Source: Macrostomum lignano (Eukaryota). Taken from it: a stretch of DNA of 64,000 nt. Location of the stretch: positions 272,010 to 336,009 of the forward strand of contig NIVC01000598.1 in the NCBI GenBank assembly GCA_002269645.1, read 5' to 3'. The notes beneath the pieces are model-generated. The model did not search any database. It was given only the letters and a program-made list of their open reading frames with translations, and was not told the DNA's origin. Below are positions 23,470 to 37,500 of this stretch, one piece after another. The translations under genes were made by a program, and so were the position numbers. Each line of letters starts with the position of its first letter. Positions within the stretch are counted from its first letter, which is position 1.

Positions 23470-24370
23470 GTTTTCATCTGTCCCGACATCAGGATTCGGG
23501 ACAGGATCACACTGTCTCCCCATCTCAACCTCAGGATTCGGTACAGGATCACTGTCTCTCCATCTCAACCTCAAGATTCGGTACAGGATCACTGTCTCCC
23601 CATCTCAATCTCAGGATTCGATACAGGATCACCGTCTCCCCATCTCAACCTCAAGATTCTGTACAGGATCACTGTCTCCCCATCTCAACCTCGGGATTCT
23701 GTACAGGATCACTGTCTCCCCATCTCAACCTCGGGATTCTGTACAGGATCACTGTCTCCCCATCTCAAACTCGGGATTCTGTACAGGATCACCGTCTCCC
23801 CATCTCAATCTCAGGATTCGATACAGGATCACTGTCTCCCCATCTCAACCTCAAGATTCTGTACAGGATCACTGTCTCCCCATCTCAACCTCGGGATTCG
23901 GTACAGGATCACTGTCTCCCCATCTCAATCTCAGGATTCGATACAGGATCACTGTCTCCCCATTTCAACCTCAAGATTCGGTACAGGATCACTGTCTCCC
24001 CATCTCAACCTCAAGATTCGGTACAGGATCACCGTCTCCCCATCTCAACCTCAAGATTCGGGACAGGATCACTGTCTCCCCATCTCAACCTCAAGATTCG
24101 GTACAGGATCACTGTCTCCCCATCTCAACCTCGGGATTCGGTACAGGATCACTGTCTCCCCATCTCAACCTCAAGATTCGGTACAGGATCACTGTCTCCC
24201 CATCTCAACCTCAAGATTCTGTACAGGATCACTGTCTCCCCATCTCAACCTCAAGATTCTGTACAGGATCGCTGTCTCCCCATCTCAACCTCAAGATTCG
24301 GTACAGGATCACTGTCTCCCCATCTCAATCTCAGGATTCGGTACAGCATCACTGTCTCCCCATCTCAATC
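23470..24370. repeat. 40-bp minisatellite
   Basis: About 22 units of CAGGATCACTGTCTCCCCATCTCAACCTCAAGATTCGGTA. Confidence 0.95.
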
Positions 24371-24406
24371 TCTACCAGTGCGAGTCCTCCCCTTCCTCTC
24401 ACCCAG

Positions 24407-24457
24407 ATAAAGAAGCTGACACTGGAACAACACCTCAGTGTTAATCAGCGCTGGTAA
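24407..24457 (+). CDS. Candidate alternative terminal exon (IKKLTLEQHLSVNQRW*)
   Basis: Strong acceptor TCCTCCCCTTCCTCTCACCCAG| right after the 40-bp array; in phase with an internal donor TTG|GTGAGG at 22911/22912. Confidence 0.45.
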   Translation: MKKLTLEQHLSVNQRW

Positions 24458-25529
24458 TGAAGCAGTATAATGTATATTATTGCATCTGTCTGTATATTGC
24501 TGCTCAGTCCAATAGCTCACGGTCGAAGTGACCGAGCCGCGGTATAATTTTGATAAAAAACGGAGACATGATTATAACAAATCATAAAAGTTTGGTCTGT
24601 CTGCTCAATCAAATCCGAGACTGTCTGAGTTCGGCTTGAACAAGCCAGAAGTGGCCAGCCTGTGCGCATTGTATAGGTCCTCAAAAAGTGTACAGGTGTC
24701 AATAAACTGGTGCGAACTTGCTGCTACACGTGTATAGTTTGAATAATTGAGATAGAACAATACAAAAATAGTACACAGCAATGGTAGGACTATATAGATT
24801 GCGCACAGTAGTACATTGTGCTGACGATGAGAGTTCTTGATAATAAATAATACAGACATGACTGGGACAGGAAATATAAAATATATCTGACTAGAAATTG
24901 GTTCAGGCAGCTTGGGAGAATGGCAGCTTATGAACAAAAATAGAAAAGCATGATGGTGATAAAAGTAGTCAGGATAGAGTATTGCTGAGTAAAGTACAAG
25001 CGGGAAGAGACTCCAATGGGTTGCCGTGCTGACAGCATTACAGAATTGCCACCCCAGGCCATCGGGCTGAATGAGGATGCGCAAGATCGCACAGCCGCTT
25101 GAAGTTGCCGCAACAGCAGGTAGCGAAGCAGGTAATACGGTAGGTAATAAAGCCGGTAAGAATACGGAACAGGTATCGCAGGCGCAAAACGAAGGCTTGG
25201 TCTCGGCGCATTAGATCGTACTCAGACAAGCAAAATTTCTTTTTTTCAGTCTTTTTTCGTAACAAGACGCTGCACAAAAATAGGTTTACGTGGCTACTGC
25301 AAGTAATAATATAAAGGCCGTGTACTTTTCTTAACCTATTTTCTAAGAATCTTAAAATATTCCGGTGTCAAAAAGTGAGATGGCGATGAGGGCAGGCAGG
25401 CCCGCGGAGGACTTCACTGCGGCAGGGTGAAGCTGATCGGGGGTGATGAAGCAATTCCGCATAGTAATATCGTGAATACGAGTCGGTGCAGTGGGAACAG
25501 GAATGTGTCAGTCAGCCGGCTGCGCTTGT

Positions 25530-25598
25530 TCACACCGCCGCCACAGGTTTGGCGGCCAGACTGCTCTCCCGGTAGGTCAACTCCAGCAGGCTGATTTC
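25530..25598 (-). CDS. PLCB4: PLC-beta exon 21 (terminal)
   Basis: CTGCAG|[22 protein letters not shown]; the hydrophobic C-terminus is comparable to the PLCB4 PATVV PDZ-binding end. Confidence 0.8.
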   Translation of the reverse strand, partial: EISLLELTYRESSLAAKPVAAV

Positions 25599-28500
25599 CT
25601 GCAGGTGATTTCAGAGCGAAAAAGTAGCGAGTTGAAGCTCTGTGCCCCGGCTAGCTTTTCCCGCTATACAAGCTTTTCGCGCCACACTCCATACTTTCTA
25701 CTCATCAGTAGTTAAACTCGCATCCCTAGCATATAGGCCGCTGATTGGCTGGCAATCTCTCTCTACCCCTGCCGCCCTCTCGCCCCCGCGTTATCAGTTG
25801 AAGCTGCCGGCCTCTCTGATTGGCTGGAATCAGCAGACCCACCCTCTTTCCTTGCGCGCCCTCTTGCGGCGCGGGGAATGTTGCCATAAAATATGCTGTT
25901 CATGTTAGTGAGATTTACGATTACAGGGGCCAAACCCCACCACACTGCGTACACTGCCTGATGATAAGAAATTTTAGGGCACGCGTACAAGCGTTCACCC
26001 TTTGAGAGCTAGAAGGCCATCGCCAGAAGAAGCGCCCAACCCATTCCTCTCTGAACGGCAACCAACCTCGTCTAGCGACTTGCCAACCCGGGCCGCCTGC
26101 TCGTCGTGCTCCTTCTTGAGATTTTCCCTGTGGTTGCCCTGCCTGTTGAGCAGCCGCTTCCGCTCTTCGATGAATCGCTTGGTGTTGTTCTCATTGACCT
26201 CGCGAACCCGACGGTCGCGCTCCGCCTTGTTGCGGATGGTCTTGTCGTTCTGCACGGCTTTGCTGGACTCCATGCTGTGCTTGGCCTGCTGCGCCTTCAA
26301 GTCTTTGTTCTCGCGCTCGTGCTGCGCCGTCATCTCCTTCTCCTGGCTGGCCTGGATCTCCAGGGCCACCCTGGTTGCGAGCTCCCGGTGCGCCTCAAGC
26401 TGAGCGCGGCGCAGCTCGTAGACCTCCTTGGAGTGCTGGCGAATCAGGGCCGTCCACTGCTCAGTGTGCTGCGCCACCACGCGGGACATCTGCGGCGTGT
26501 TGGTGGGGGGGGGGGCGTTTGGCAGCATGCCAGGCGCTGTCGAATAACTATAGCCGGAAATGAGGCGCCATCAATCAATCTAACCGGAAATGAGGCGACA
26601 TCAATCAATCTAACCGAAATTGATGCGCCTTCATTCAGTCTAACCGGAAATGAGGCGCCATTAATAAATCTAACTGGAAATGAGGCGCCTTCAACCAATC
26701 TAACCGGAAATGAGGCGCCTTCAATCTAACCGGAAATGAGGCGCCTTCAATCTAACCGGAAATGAGGCGCCTTCAATCTAACCGGAAATGAGGCACCTTC
26801 AACCAATCTAACCGGAAATGATGCGCCTTCAATCAATCTAACCGGAAATGATGCGCCTTTATTCAGTCTAACCGGAAATAAGGCGCCTTCAATCAATCTA
26901 ACCGGAGATGAGGCGCCATCAATCAATCTAACCGGAAATGATGCGCCATCAACCAATCTAACCAGAAATGATGCGCCATCAATCAATCTAAGCGGAAATG
27001 AGGCGCCATCGATCAATCTAACCGGAAATGAGGCGCCATCAATCAATCTAACCGGAAATGAGGCGCCATCAATCAATCTAACCGGAAATGATGCACCATC
27101 AATCAATCTAACCGGAAATGAGGCGCCATCAATCAATCTAACCGGAAATGATGCGCCATCAACCAATCTAACCAGAAATGATGCGCAATCAATCAATCTA
27201 ACCGGAAATGATGCGCCATCAACCAATCTAACCAGAAATGATGCGCCATCAATCAATCTAAGCGGAAATGAGGCGCCATCGATCAATCTAACCGGAAATG
27301 AGGCGCCATCAATCAATCTAACCGGAAATGAGGCGCCATCAATCAATCTAACCGGAAATGATGCGCCATCAATCAGTCAAACACGAGCCAAGCTCACCTC
27401 TTCACCCTGGCTGTCCCGCAGCTCTTTCGTCTGTCCATCCGAGGCGCCGTTCTCTCTGCAAGGTAAAAATTGCGAGAAAAGTGTTTCGAGAGCGGACCAG
27501 CATTGCTCTACGGGAAAATTATCCGCTTACACCTAAAAAGTCAATTTAAAAGCTTAAAGCAAAGCTTAGCTAGGAATGAGTTTATTAGTAGTGAGTAACG
27601 CGAATGAAACTCCAAAATTAAAGACAAATAAAGCAGGAAAGAATCTGGAACCCGACGAGGCGAGTTCCCGCCGTCCGAGGATGGCTAAATTTCTTGAGAA
27701 ATCAGAAATCAGAATTATAAATAAAACAGTCTAATGTGACTACTTAGCAATGTGAGTAGGTAGCGCAGAGCCCGAGCAGCCTAGCAAGCCAATCACACGT
27801 TCAAAACCGGGTTATTAAGAAGCATCCAACTACGATAGTTGGCAAATTTCAATCCGTGACAAAATCTAAGAAATGAAATCGATAAAAATTTCGGAGAGAA
27901 ATATTGGCTAGGATTGGTGAGGCTCAAGCGGCTCAGTGCCAGCCAAAACCAAGACCTGTTGTCTATGGCCAATCCTGGCGGCTCCGGCTGGTCTCCAGTC
28001 GACCGCTGCTGAGGCCGGGAGGCGCAGCAGAGATAAGCGAGCCGGTCACCCCTGCCGCCGCCGCCGTCGCCGCCGCAGGCTGATACGGTTTCTGGGCTAG
28101 AAAGCACAGAAATACAACACAGATAGAAGCTACACAGTGCAACCTGATTGTCTGCCTCTCCTCTACCCTGCCCGGCAGCGCAATGTTTACAACACAATTA
28201 GTCATATTCCATAGGCAGACAACACAGAAACAACAGCGGAGCCAGGAGGCAACTCAGCTACTCACGATCCGCCACCCTTGTTGGTTTTCTTCGCCAACGA
28301 TGCCAGAGCCTTGCCCTGCTGAGCGGCCAGTCGCTCGCATTCGCTTGTGTGCGTCTTCAGCATTGCCTGCTGCTCTTTGTCCTGCCGCTTCAGCACCTGG
28401 TCCAGGTCTTTTGTCTGCGCGTAGGAAAGTGCGAGTGCCAGAAGACGTCACTTTTATTTTTAGAATCAAAACACAGTGAACTATGACGTCACTTCTATTT

Positions 28501-31500
28501 TTAGAATCAAAACACAGTGAGCTGTGATGTCACTTCTATTTTTAGAATCAAAACACAGTGAGCTGTGATGTCACTTTTAGAATCAGAACTCGATGAAAGG
28601 TAAAACAAAAAATACTTGAAATCGATAAAAATTACTCCATAAAACTCACCTGCTTTTTCAGCAGCTTCTGAAATAGCCGATCCTGCCTGACGAGCTCCAG
28701 CGTCACCGGCTCGAGCCGCAGCTCCTGTCTGACTTCTGCGCCACCGCCGCCACCACCACCGCCGCCTCCTCCGCCACCGCCGCCTCCGCCACCGCCACCA
28801 CCGCCACCGCCGCCGCCGCCGGCCTTCGACTGGCTGGGCTTGTCGTCAGCAGAGGCGGCAGCGGCCGCTCCGCCAGCCTTCTTGTTGTTATTGTTGTTGT
28901 TGTTGTTGTTCCTGCCGCGGTTGGCGGTTGTTGGGACGTCGGCGATTTCCGATGTCTCTGCAAGCATTTAAATGACAAAATGAACATGGGGAAAGTAAAA
29001 GGTCAGGAACAAAAAGGCCAGTGCAACATACAGAGTAGATTGACACTGACTGTCTGACTGTCACTCTTACTGTCACTCATGCTGTCACTCTTGCTGTCAC
29101 TCATGCTGTCACTCTTGCTGTCACTCTTACTGTCGCTCATGTCACTCTGGCTGTCACTCTTACTGTCGCTCATGCTGTCCTTCATTCTGTCACTCTCACC
29201 GTCGCTCATACTGTCACTCTTGCTGTCACTCTTACTTTCGCTCATACTGTCGCTCATACTGTCACTCTGGCTGTCACTCTTACTGTCACAGTGCCAATCT
29301 TCAGAAACACTTGAAAAATGCTAAATTTAAGATGATTGAAGAAAAAATCTAAAACGGAAACTCTTAATGCTTTAACTCTTGAAACTGGCTGTGAAGCCTG
29401 GGAAATGCCACCAGCCGCGCTTACCAATGCCCATGTCCTTCATCTGCTGCTCCCGCTTCTCAGCCTTGGACAGAAACGCCCTCGGGTCGCTCAGCGCATC
29501 AACAAAATCTGCCAGGCCCTCGGGCACGTAGGTTTTCAGATCGATGCGGCAGAAGATGGTGGGCAGGGCCAGTGGGAAGTTGCCCTCCGTGCGCAGGCTG
29601 ATGTGCCGGTAGCCGGCGCACAGGCCGTCAAGCGGCAGGATCCGCTGGCCGATCAGCTTGCCAGTCTCCTCAAACACCCCGATGCGGATCACGGCCAGGT
29701 CGGGCAGCACGATCTTGCGGAACACGAACGGCTCCTCGTTGTAGACCGGGTTGAGCCCGTTGCCAGGCACGATGCGAGTTCGGAACTCGCGCCTGATTGT
29801 ATCCGTGGGCAGGCCGTACATGTCCACCTCCACGTAGGTGCCCACTTTCCTGTCCGAGAGGAACTGGCCGGACAGGATCTGGATGGAGCAGCTGGCGGCG
29901 ATCACGCCGTCTACGGGGCTCTCGGAGAACGGGTCGAAATGCCGGTCGCCGCGGCGCATGAAGTCCGGCTTCAGCAGATAGCTGGCGCGGATGGCGGGTG
30001 GCGGCTCAGGCTGAGAGGTGACTGAGGTGACTGTAGCTGAGGCTATGGAAGAGGTGGTTGAGGCTATGGGAGAGGTGGCTGAGGCTATGAGAGAGGTGGC
30101 TGAGGCTATGAGAGAGGTGGCTGAGGCTATGAGAGGTGCCGGAGGCTATGAGAAAGGTAGCTGAGACTATGAGAAAGGTAGTTGAGACTATGAGAAAGGT
30201 GGCTGAGGCTATGAGAAAGGTGGCTAAGACTATGAGAGGTGGCTGAGGCTATGAGAGGTGGCTGAGGCAATGAAAAAGGTAGCTGAGGCTATGGAAGAGG
30301 TGGTTGAGGCTATGGGAGAGGTGGCTGAGGCTATGAGAGAGGTGGCTGAGGCTATGGAAAAGGTGGCTGAGGCTATGAGAGAGGTGGCTGAGGCTATGGA
30401 AGAGGTGACTGAGGCTATGGAAAAGGTGGCTGAGGCTATGAGAGAGGTGGCTAAGACTATGAGAGAGGTGGCCGAGGCTATGGGAGAGGTGGCTAAGACT
30501 ATGAGAGAGGTGGCTGAGGCTATATGGTTTAAGCGATTGAAATTAATGTATCTGAATGTACATCAGAACTACAGGTCAGATAGCTAAGAGTAACTTCGGT
30601 TCCTCAGTAACTTGTCAAAAAAGCTACTGCGTACTGCAAGTAGGCAAGTAAGTGAATTTGGCACGTGTCAAGCAAGCTGTATTTTGAAGTGTTGAAAAAG
30701 AACTGTTAATGCGCATAGTGTCTACTGTAAGTAGGAAGCAGCGAATTAAGCAAAAATGCAAAGCTATTGAGCTGACTGTTGTAGACGGGCTCCGCTGGTT
30801 ACAAATTAATTAATTTATTATTAATGAACTTTTTATACTATTATGGAAATTAAGATAAAAGTGCAACACGGATAAGTGGCCGAGTTAGTCTAGGGCAGAA
30901 ACGTTAATGGAGTTGCGAGGGTTAAAATTCCTAGAAAAATCAATTATTAAAGGCTGTACCAGCGACTGGGGAGACTTTTAGTCCGCAGTGCTTCCTGGAA
31001 AATTTGGTTTGCAAGTCTTCGTGGAACAGAATCAACTGGGGACATTTTCAGAGGGAGCAGACTTTTTGGGATGAGAATCCTTGGATGGAATCTTCAGGGA
31101 CTTTCAGGACTATTAGCTTATGGGAGGAGAAACCCACCAAGATGATTCCCGAAGAATGCCAAGTAAGGCGGGCTGAAAAGCGACTCTCCCCGCGTCGCCC
31201 CGAGGCTCACCCGCAGTTCCCGTTGTACTCGAACTTGCCCTGGTTGAGCTGCATGGCCAGGTCGGGAGTCTGGAAGTTCAGCGCCACCATCTGGCAGCCG
31301 GCGTTCCAGAAGATCTGCGGCATGAAGTTGCTGGAGTCCACGCGGTTGCCGCGCGGGTAAATTCGGCTCATCTGGCGCTTGTTGTAGCTGGGTGCGCGTT
31401 GCCATGGCGACTCGGGTTAAGGAAAATTTTCGGCGTACACTCGCCGGCTTTTATTGTACGCGTGTGCCCGCTCGCACTGTACACTTACCCTCTCTCACGG

Positions 31501-34500
31501 TACACTTACCCTCTCTCACTGTACACTTACCCTCTCTCACTGTACACTTACCCTCTTTCACTGTACAATTACCCTCTCTCACGGTACAATTACCCTCTCT
31601 CACGGTACACTTATCCTCTCTCACTGTACACTTACCCTCTCTCACGGTACACTTACCCTCTCTCACGGTACACTTACCCTCTCTCACGGTACACTTACCC
31701 TCTCTCACTGTACACTTACCCTCTCTCACGGTACACTTACTCCCTTTTTCACTGTACACCTACCCTCTCTCTACACTTACCATCTCTCACTGTACACCTA
31801 CCCTCTCTCACTGTACACTTACCCTCTCTTTGTACACTTATCTCTCTCACAGTACACTTAACCTCTCTTACGGTACACTTACCCTCTCTTACGGTACACT
31901 TACCCTCTCTCACGGTACACTCCCCCTTTCACTGTACATTCCCTCTTTCACTACCATCACATAAATCCGCTCAAAAAGGATACTTGACAAACTCGATGGC
32001 TTCGTTCCTCAGGTAGCCCAGCGCCATAGTCTCGGAGAAGGACGACATGTGATGGTGCACGTTGTCCTCTGCAGGCCAGTTGTGGGATGAGTCTTATAAG
32101 CCACAAGCGGGATTTTACTACTCTACTTTTATTAAATTAATCTGAGAATCTGAGAAGATCTGAGACCTTCGGCCACAGCGAAGCCCTGGAATTTGACCGG
32201 CTGGGCGTAGTTGACCATGGCCGACAGCACCGGGTGGATGGTGGTGGTGGCGCCCGTGTACTGGTAGTGCTCCAGCATCGCCTGCTCCTCCTCCGCGCTC
32301 AGCACCTCCTGCGGGATGGTGCGGGGATCTGAGCTGAGCAAACTGTCCCCAATGCAGTCGGTCCCAATCTGGGAAAATATCCCTAATGCAGTCGGTCCCA
32401 ATATGGGAAAATATTCCCAATGCAATTGGTCCCAATCTGGGAAAATATCCCCAATGCAATCGGTCCCAATATGGGAAAATATCCCCAATGCAATCGGGCC
32501 CAAACCTAACCGGCATTTAGGAAATATATCCCTAAATCCCACATGACCCGCCATACCTTCGCTTTGGCCGCTTCATCCTCCTCGGCAGATGCGGCGGCGG
32601 CAGCGCCAGCCCCCAGGGTCGCCTGAGAGGCCGCCCTGACCACCGGGGCCACCGGCGGAACCACCGGCTTTTCGCCGCTGTCGCCGCCCTCCGGATGAGG
32701 GTCCGTGTCCACAATGGGCGGGGTCGGATCCAGGTCGTTCAACGGCCCGGCCTCGCCGTCCAATATCACCTGGGGATCCTCGGCCACCTCAACCTCGTCT
32801 GGCGGGGTCTGGCCCTTCATGAATAGCTCGAGCTGGTCTGCAGAGGGTCACAGGGTCCGCGTTTGATTAGGAGTGCTATAATCTCCCAGTCCGGACAACC
32901 AATCCCAACCAGGCCCCTCCATGCAACCTTCTTGGATTTCTTGCATCCAGGCAAATGCATTCCATCCAGACTCCTCTAACCGATCTAGGCACCTTCATCC
33001 CATCTAGGCACATTCATCCCATCTAGGCACCTTCATCCCATCTAGGCACCTTCATCCCATCTAGGCACCTTCATCCCATCTAGGCACCTTCATCCCATCT
33101 AGGCACCTTCATCCCATCTAGGCACCTTCATCCCATCTAGGCACCTTCATCCCATCTAGGCACCTCCAACCTATCCAGGCACCTTCATCCCATCCAGACA
33201 CCTTCATCCCATCCAGGCACATTCATCCCATCAAGACACCATCCCATCCAGGCACCTCACTCCCGTCCAGACACCTTCATCCCATCTAGGTACCTTTATC
33301 CCATCTAGGTACCTTTATCCCATCAAGGCAACTCTATCCCATCAAGATACCTTCATCCCATCCAGGCACCTCCATCCCATCTGGACACCTTCATTCCATC
33401 AAGGCACCTCCAACCCATCCAGGCACCTTCATCCCATCCAGGCACCTTCATCCCATCCAGGCACCTTCATCCCATCCAGGCACCTCCATCCCATCTGGAC
33501 ACCTTTATCCCATCAAGGCAACTCTATCCCATCAAGATACCTTCATCCCATCCAGGCACCTCCATCCCATATGGACACCTTCATTCCATCAAGGCACCTC
33601 CAACCCATCCAGGCACCTTCATCCCATCCAGGCACCTCCATCCCATCTGAACACCTTTATCCCATCAAGGCACCTCCATCCCATCAAGATACCTTCATCC
33701 CATCCAGGCCCCTCCATCCCATCAAAGCACCTTCATCCCATCAAAGCACCTTCATCCCACCCAGGCACCTCCATCCCATCTGGACACCTTCATTCCATCA
33801 AGGTACCTCCAACCCATCCAGGCACCTTCATCCCATCAAAGCACCTTCATCCCATCCAGGCACCTCCATCCCATTATGGCACCTTCATCCCATTCGACCA
33901 GTCCACCCAGTCGCCCCGAGTTCGGAGACCCAATCAGCCCAACTCTACAACTCGTACTCTTCAGGCACTCCGAGGCACGCCCGTCTGACAATGAGAAATC
34001 CAAGGCAGGTGTACTCTAGTGAGGCAGCATTCGTGTGCGCGTGCGCTCAGGGATCAGCGGGTGGGGTGGCTGGCCTGGCCTAATTGCCTCTTCGCTGGTC
34101 GCGGGTCGACCGTCGCTAGAGGTCACAGCCGCTGCAAACCAAAAAGCAAGCAAATCACCAAGGCGAGGCTGGGTATGGGCCGTTATTCTAAAATCTGCCA
34201 ATATACCATTTTCCCCAAAGCAGGATCATTGTGCATCAGTCCGACTCTGCGCTACTCACGCTTCTCAACCTCCGGCTTGAGCCGCTTGTTCTTGATGAGG
34301 ATTTTATACTTGAGCTTCTCGGGCGGCGGCAGGGGAACTCCGGGCTCAAGCTGGCAAAGAGGATGAAGGGGTGAAGGGATTTGAGATAAATCTCTGACAG
34401 GCTGACATAAAACTGGCAAAAGAGGAAGGCCAGCAAATTGCAACGGCTTACTGGGTACTTGTCAATCGGCTTATTGAGCAGGTAGTCGCCGAAAATATCC

Positions 34501-37500
34501 TCGCAATACTTGGCCAGCTTGTACTGCTGCAGCTTGCTGGGGGGGGGGCGATGGGTGAGTCATGAATAACAACTGACAGAAGCGACAGCCGTATTCCTCA
34601 GCTCTCCCTCTCACCTGCAATGGTTCTCAAATGACAGAATCACAGGCCAGGCCGAGGTGACAAAAGCTGTGTCGCGAATGGCGTTGACAACATCCTGCAA
34701 TGCGGAGCGCCGGCTCGCCTAAATTCACTAATTATTGCTTACAGTTATACTAATCTATATAACTAAATGATTAATTCACTAACGCAGCTTCCCCTGACTC
34801 CTAAGACTGGGTTATTCCGAAGGTAGTTACGCCCCCCCTGAAGGAGATGCCAGCGGCCCAGGCTCGATTCCAAGTGCAGTCACATTTATTTGAGGCTAAA
34901 TTGGAATCTCGGCTTGGCTCTGCTCGTGCAATTAACGTATTTGAGGACCAACCCCAAGGCACATTGAAGTTTACATGCCTAACGATAAATAAAGTTTGGG
35001 CCGCTGTACACTCCTGTGTGAGTGAGTGCCTGTCGCTTAAAATGCGCCAGGGTGCACCCAGCCTCCTGTCTCTAACCCAGGGATAGTGGTGGCCTCCTGA
35101 AGAACCAAATGGTAGTGGCGGTCCAATAAAGTGTTCAGCACCGGAAAAGTCACCAGATGTTGACCAACTGAGAGCCAGCAAAAACCCGGATGCCTCACCT
35201 TGAACAGGATGTCCGTGCACATGGCCTTGCCGTGGGTGATGATGGGCTCCTGGTCGTTGTCCTTGCCATCCCAGCAGTCCAGCTCGATGCACCGGCAGCC
35301 GGCGAGCAGCACCTGACGGTACATCTCCACCGAGCTCTTGCCGCCGAACTGCCTACCGCTCAGGTAGGTGTTGTGCGAACTGTTAATGTAATAGTGCGAC
35401 AGCGGCTGGTCCATGTCGTGGTGCAGCTCCAGCTTGTCCAGGAACACGGGGGCATTGTCGTCCGACATCAGGTAGCGATAGAAGCAGTCGATGCTGATCT
35501 TGCCTTGAAGAGATTAAGAATTTGCTGCTCTAATTTGTTCAGAAGCGGCTAAAAGTACAAAATCCGCTTATCACATCCGGGATGCAGAACCTGCATTGAA
35601 TCATTTTAATCCCCTGCTCAAGCGGATATTCCAATCGTTATCTGTTAGCCACCTTTAAAGACCACTCAATAACGAAATTTTTTAATAAACGAAAATGCAT
35701 TGGAAAGATGAACAGTTTTCATCCCACTCAATAGATGAGTGTTTACCTTTGTTCACCCACTCCATCCACAATATCTTGTAACAGAAATATCAGAACTCCC
35801 TTGGCTCAAAAACATTAAAAACGATTCTTGCACCGATGGCACTCTCGGACACGCCCAGCCCGCGGCTCCGGCCCCGCCCAAATCTTGCCCGGCCGCCTCA
35901 ATTATTTGACGATTTGGCGATTCGAGCTGCTCAGCGCGCGGGTCTCCGGGCGCGGAGGAAAGGAGGGGAGGCCCCTTTGAGAGTCCGAACGCGCACTCAG
36001 CTGGACAGCCCCGCCCAGATTTTTCGGCGAACTATGCGCTCCGCCAGACTGGCCAGCAAATAGCGAGGAAGAAGAGGGGAGCTCAAAGTTGTTACGTTCG
36101 GCTAATGGCATTTATTGCCATAGTTCCATACACAGCCACGGGACCGGGCATGTCCTAGCCAGGCCAGCTGGCTAACCACAGCAGGGCTGGGAGGGGGCAT
36201 TGCCTAGCCAGGCCAGCTGGCTAACCACAGCAGGGCTGGGAGGGGGCATTGCCTAGCCAGGCCAGCTGGCTAACCACAGCAGGGCTGGGAGGGGGCATTG
36301 CCTAGCCAGGCCAGCTGGCTAACCACAGCAGGGCTGGGAGGGGGCATTGCCTAGCCAGGCCAGCTGGCTAACCACAGCAGGGCTGGGAGGGGGCATTGCC
36401 TAGCCAGGCCAGCTGGCTAACCTCAGCAGGGCTGGGAGGGGGCATTGCCTAGCCAGGCCAGCTGCATGGCTAACCACAGCAGTGCTGGGAGGGGGCATTG
36501 CCTAGCCAGGCCAGCTGGCTAACCACAGCAGGGCTGGGAGGGGGCATGTCCTAGCCAGGCCAGCTGGCTAACCACCTGCTGCGCCCTCGTTGTTTGAGCA
36601 CCTTGAGCAGCATAGTAACTCACGATTCTCCTGGTTCTCCTTATTTGGCTCGTAGCACTTAAGAATGTTCTCAATGGTCAGCTTGTTGGCAAAGGGGTAC
36701 AGAATCTCGTTGAGCCGGGGATCTCGCTGGGTGACGTTGAGAAACTCCATCATCTTGTCCTGAGAGACGACGCTGCCACCAGCGCCGCCGCACAGCTCGT
36801 TGAAGAGGTCTTCGATGTCCTGGCGCGGGCAGATGCGGTGGTACAGCTCGTAGAACTTCTCGAAGGTGAAGTCCGCCTTTACGATTTCGTCGTTCTGTTA
36901 GGGAGAAAAACAGGCAAAGCAAAGTCTGAGTTCGCTTGCTCGTCGACAAAGCCCTACCGATTGCTCAGCTGTAAATCTTTCATTGAATATGCTGAGACCT
37001 TCAAGTCGTCCTGCGATCTACCACTTCACAATGAAAACACACCTAGTCCCAAAGCTGCATGAACTTTTGGTACACATCTCCGCTCAGATCTAATCCCCAC
37101 TCTTCCCAGCTCTCCTCTTGCATTGTCTCTCCTCTCTTGCATTGTCTCTCCTCTCTTGCATTGTCTCTCCTCTCTTGTATTGTCTCTCCTCTCTTGCATT
37201 GTCTCTCCTCTCTTGTATTGTCTCTCCTCTCTTGCATTGTCTCTCCTCTCTTGTATTGTCTCTCCTCTCTTGCATTGTCTCTCCTCTCTTGCATTGTCTC
37301 TCCTCTCTTGTATTGTCTCTCCTCTCTTGTATTGTCTCTCCTCTCTTGCATTGTCTCTCCTCTCTTGTATTGTCTCTCCTCTCTTGCATTGTCTCTCCTC
37401 TCTTGTATTGTCTCTCCTCTCTTGCATTGTCTCTCCTCTCTTGCATTGTCTCTCCTCTCTTGCATTGTCTCTCCTCTCTTGTATTGTCTCTCCTCTCTTG

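Noticed and set aside
25038-25277. 79-aa minus-strand ORF with coding-like codons downstream of the PLC stop
   Set aside because: No splice sites link it to the PLC frame, it has no recognisable motif, and it is probably 3' UTR.
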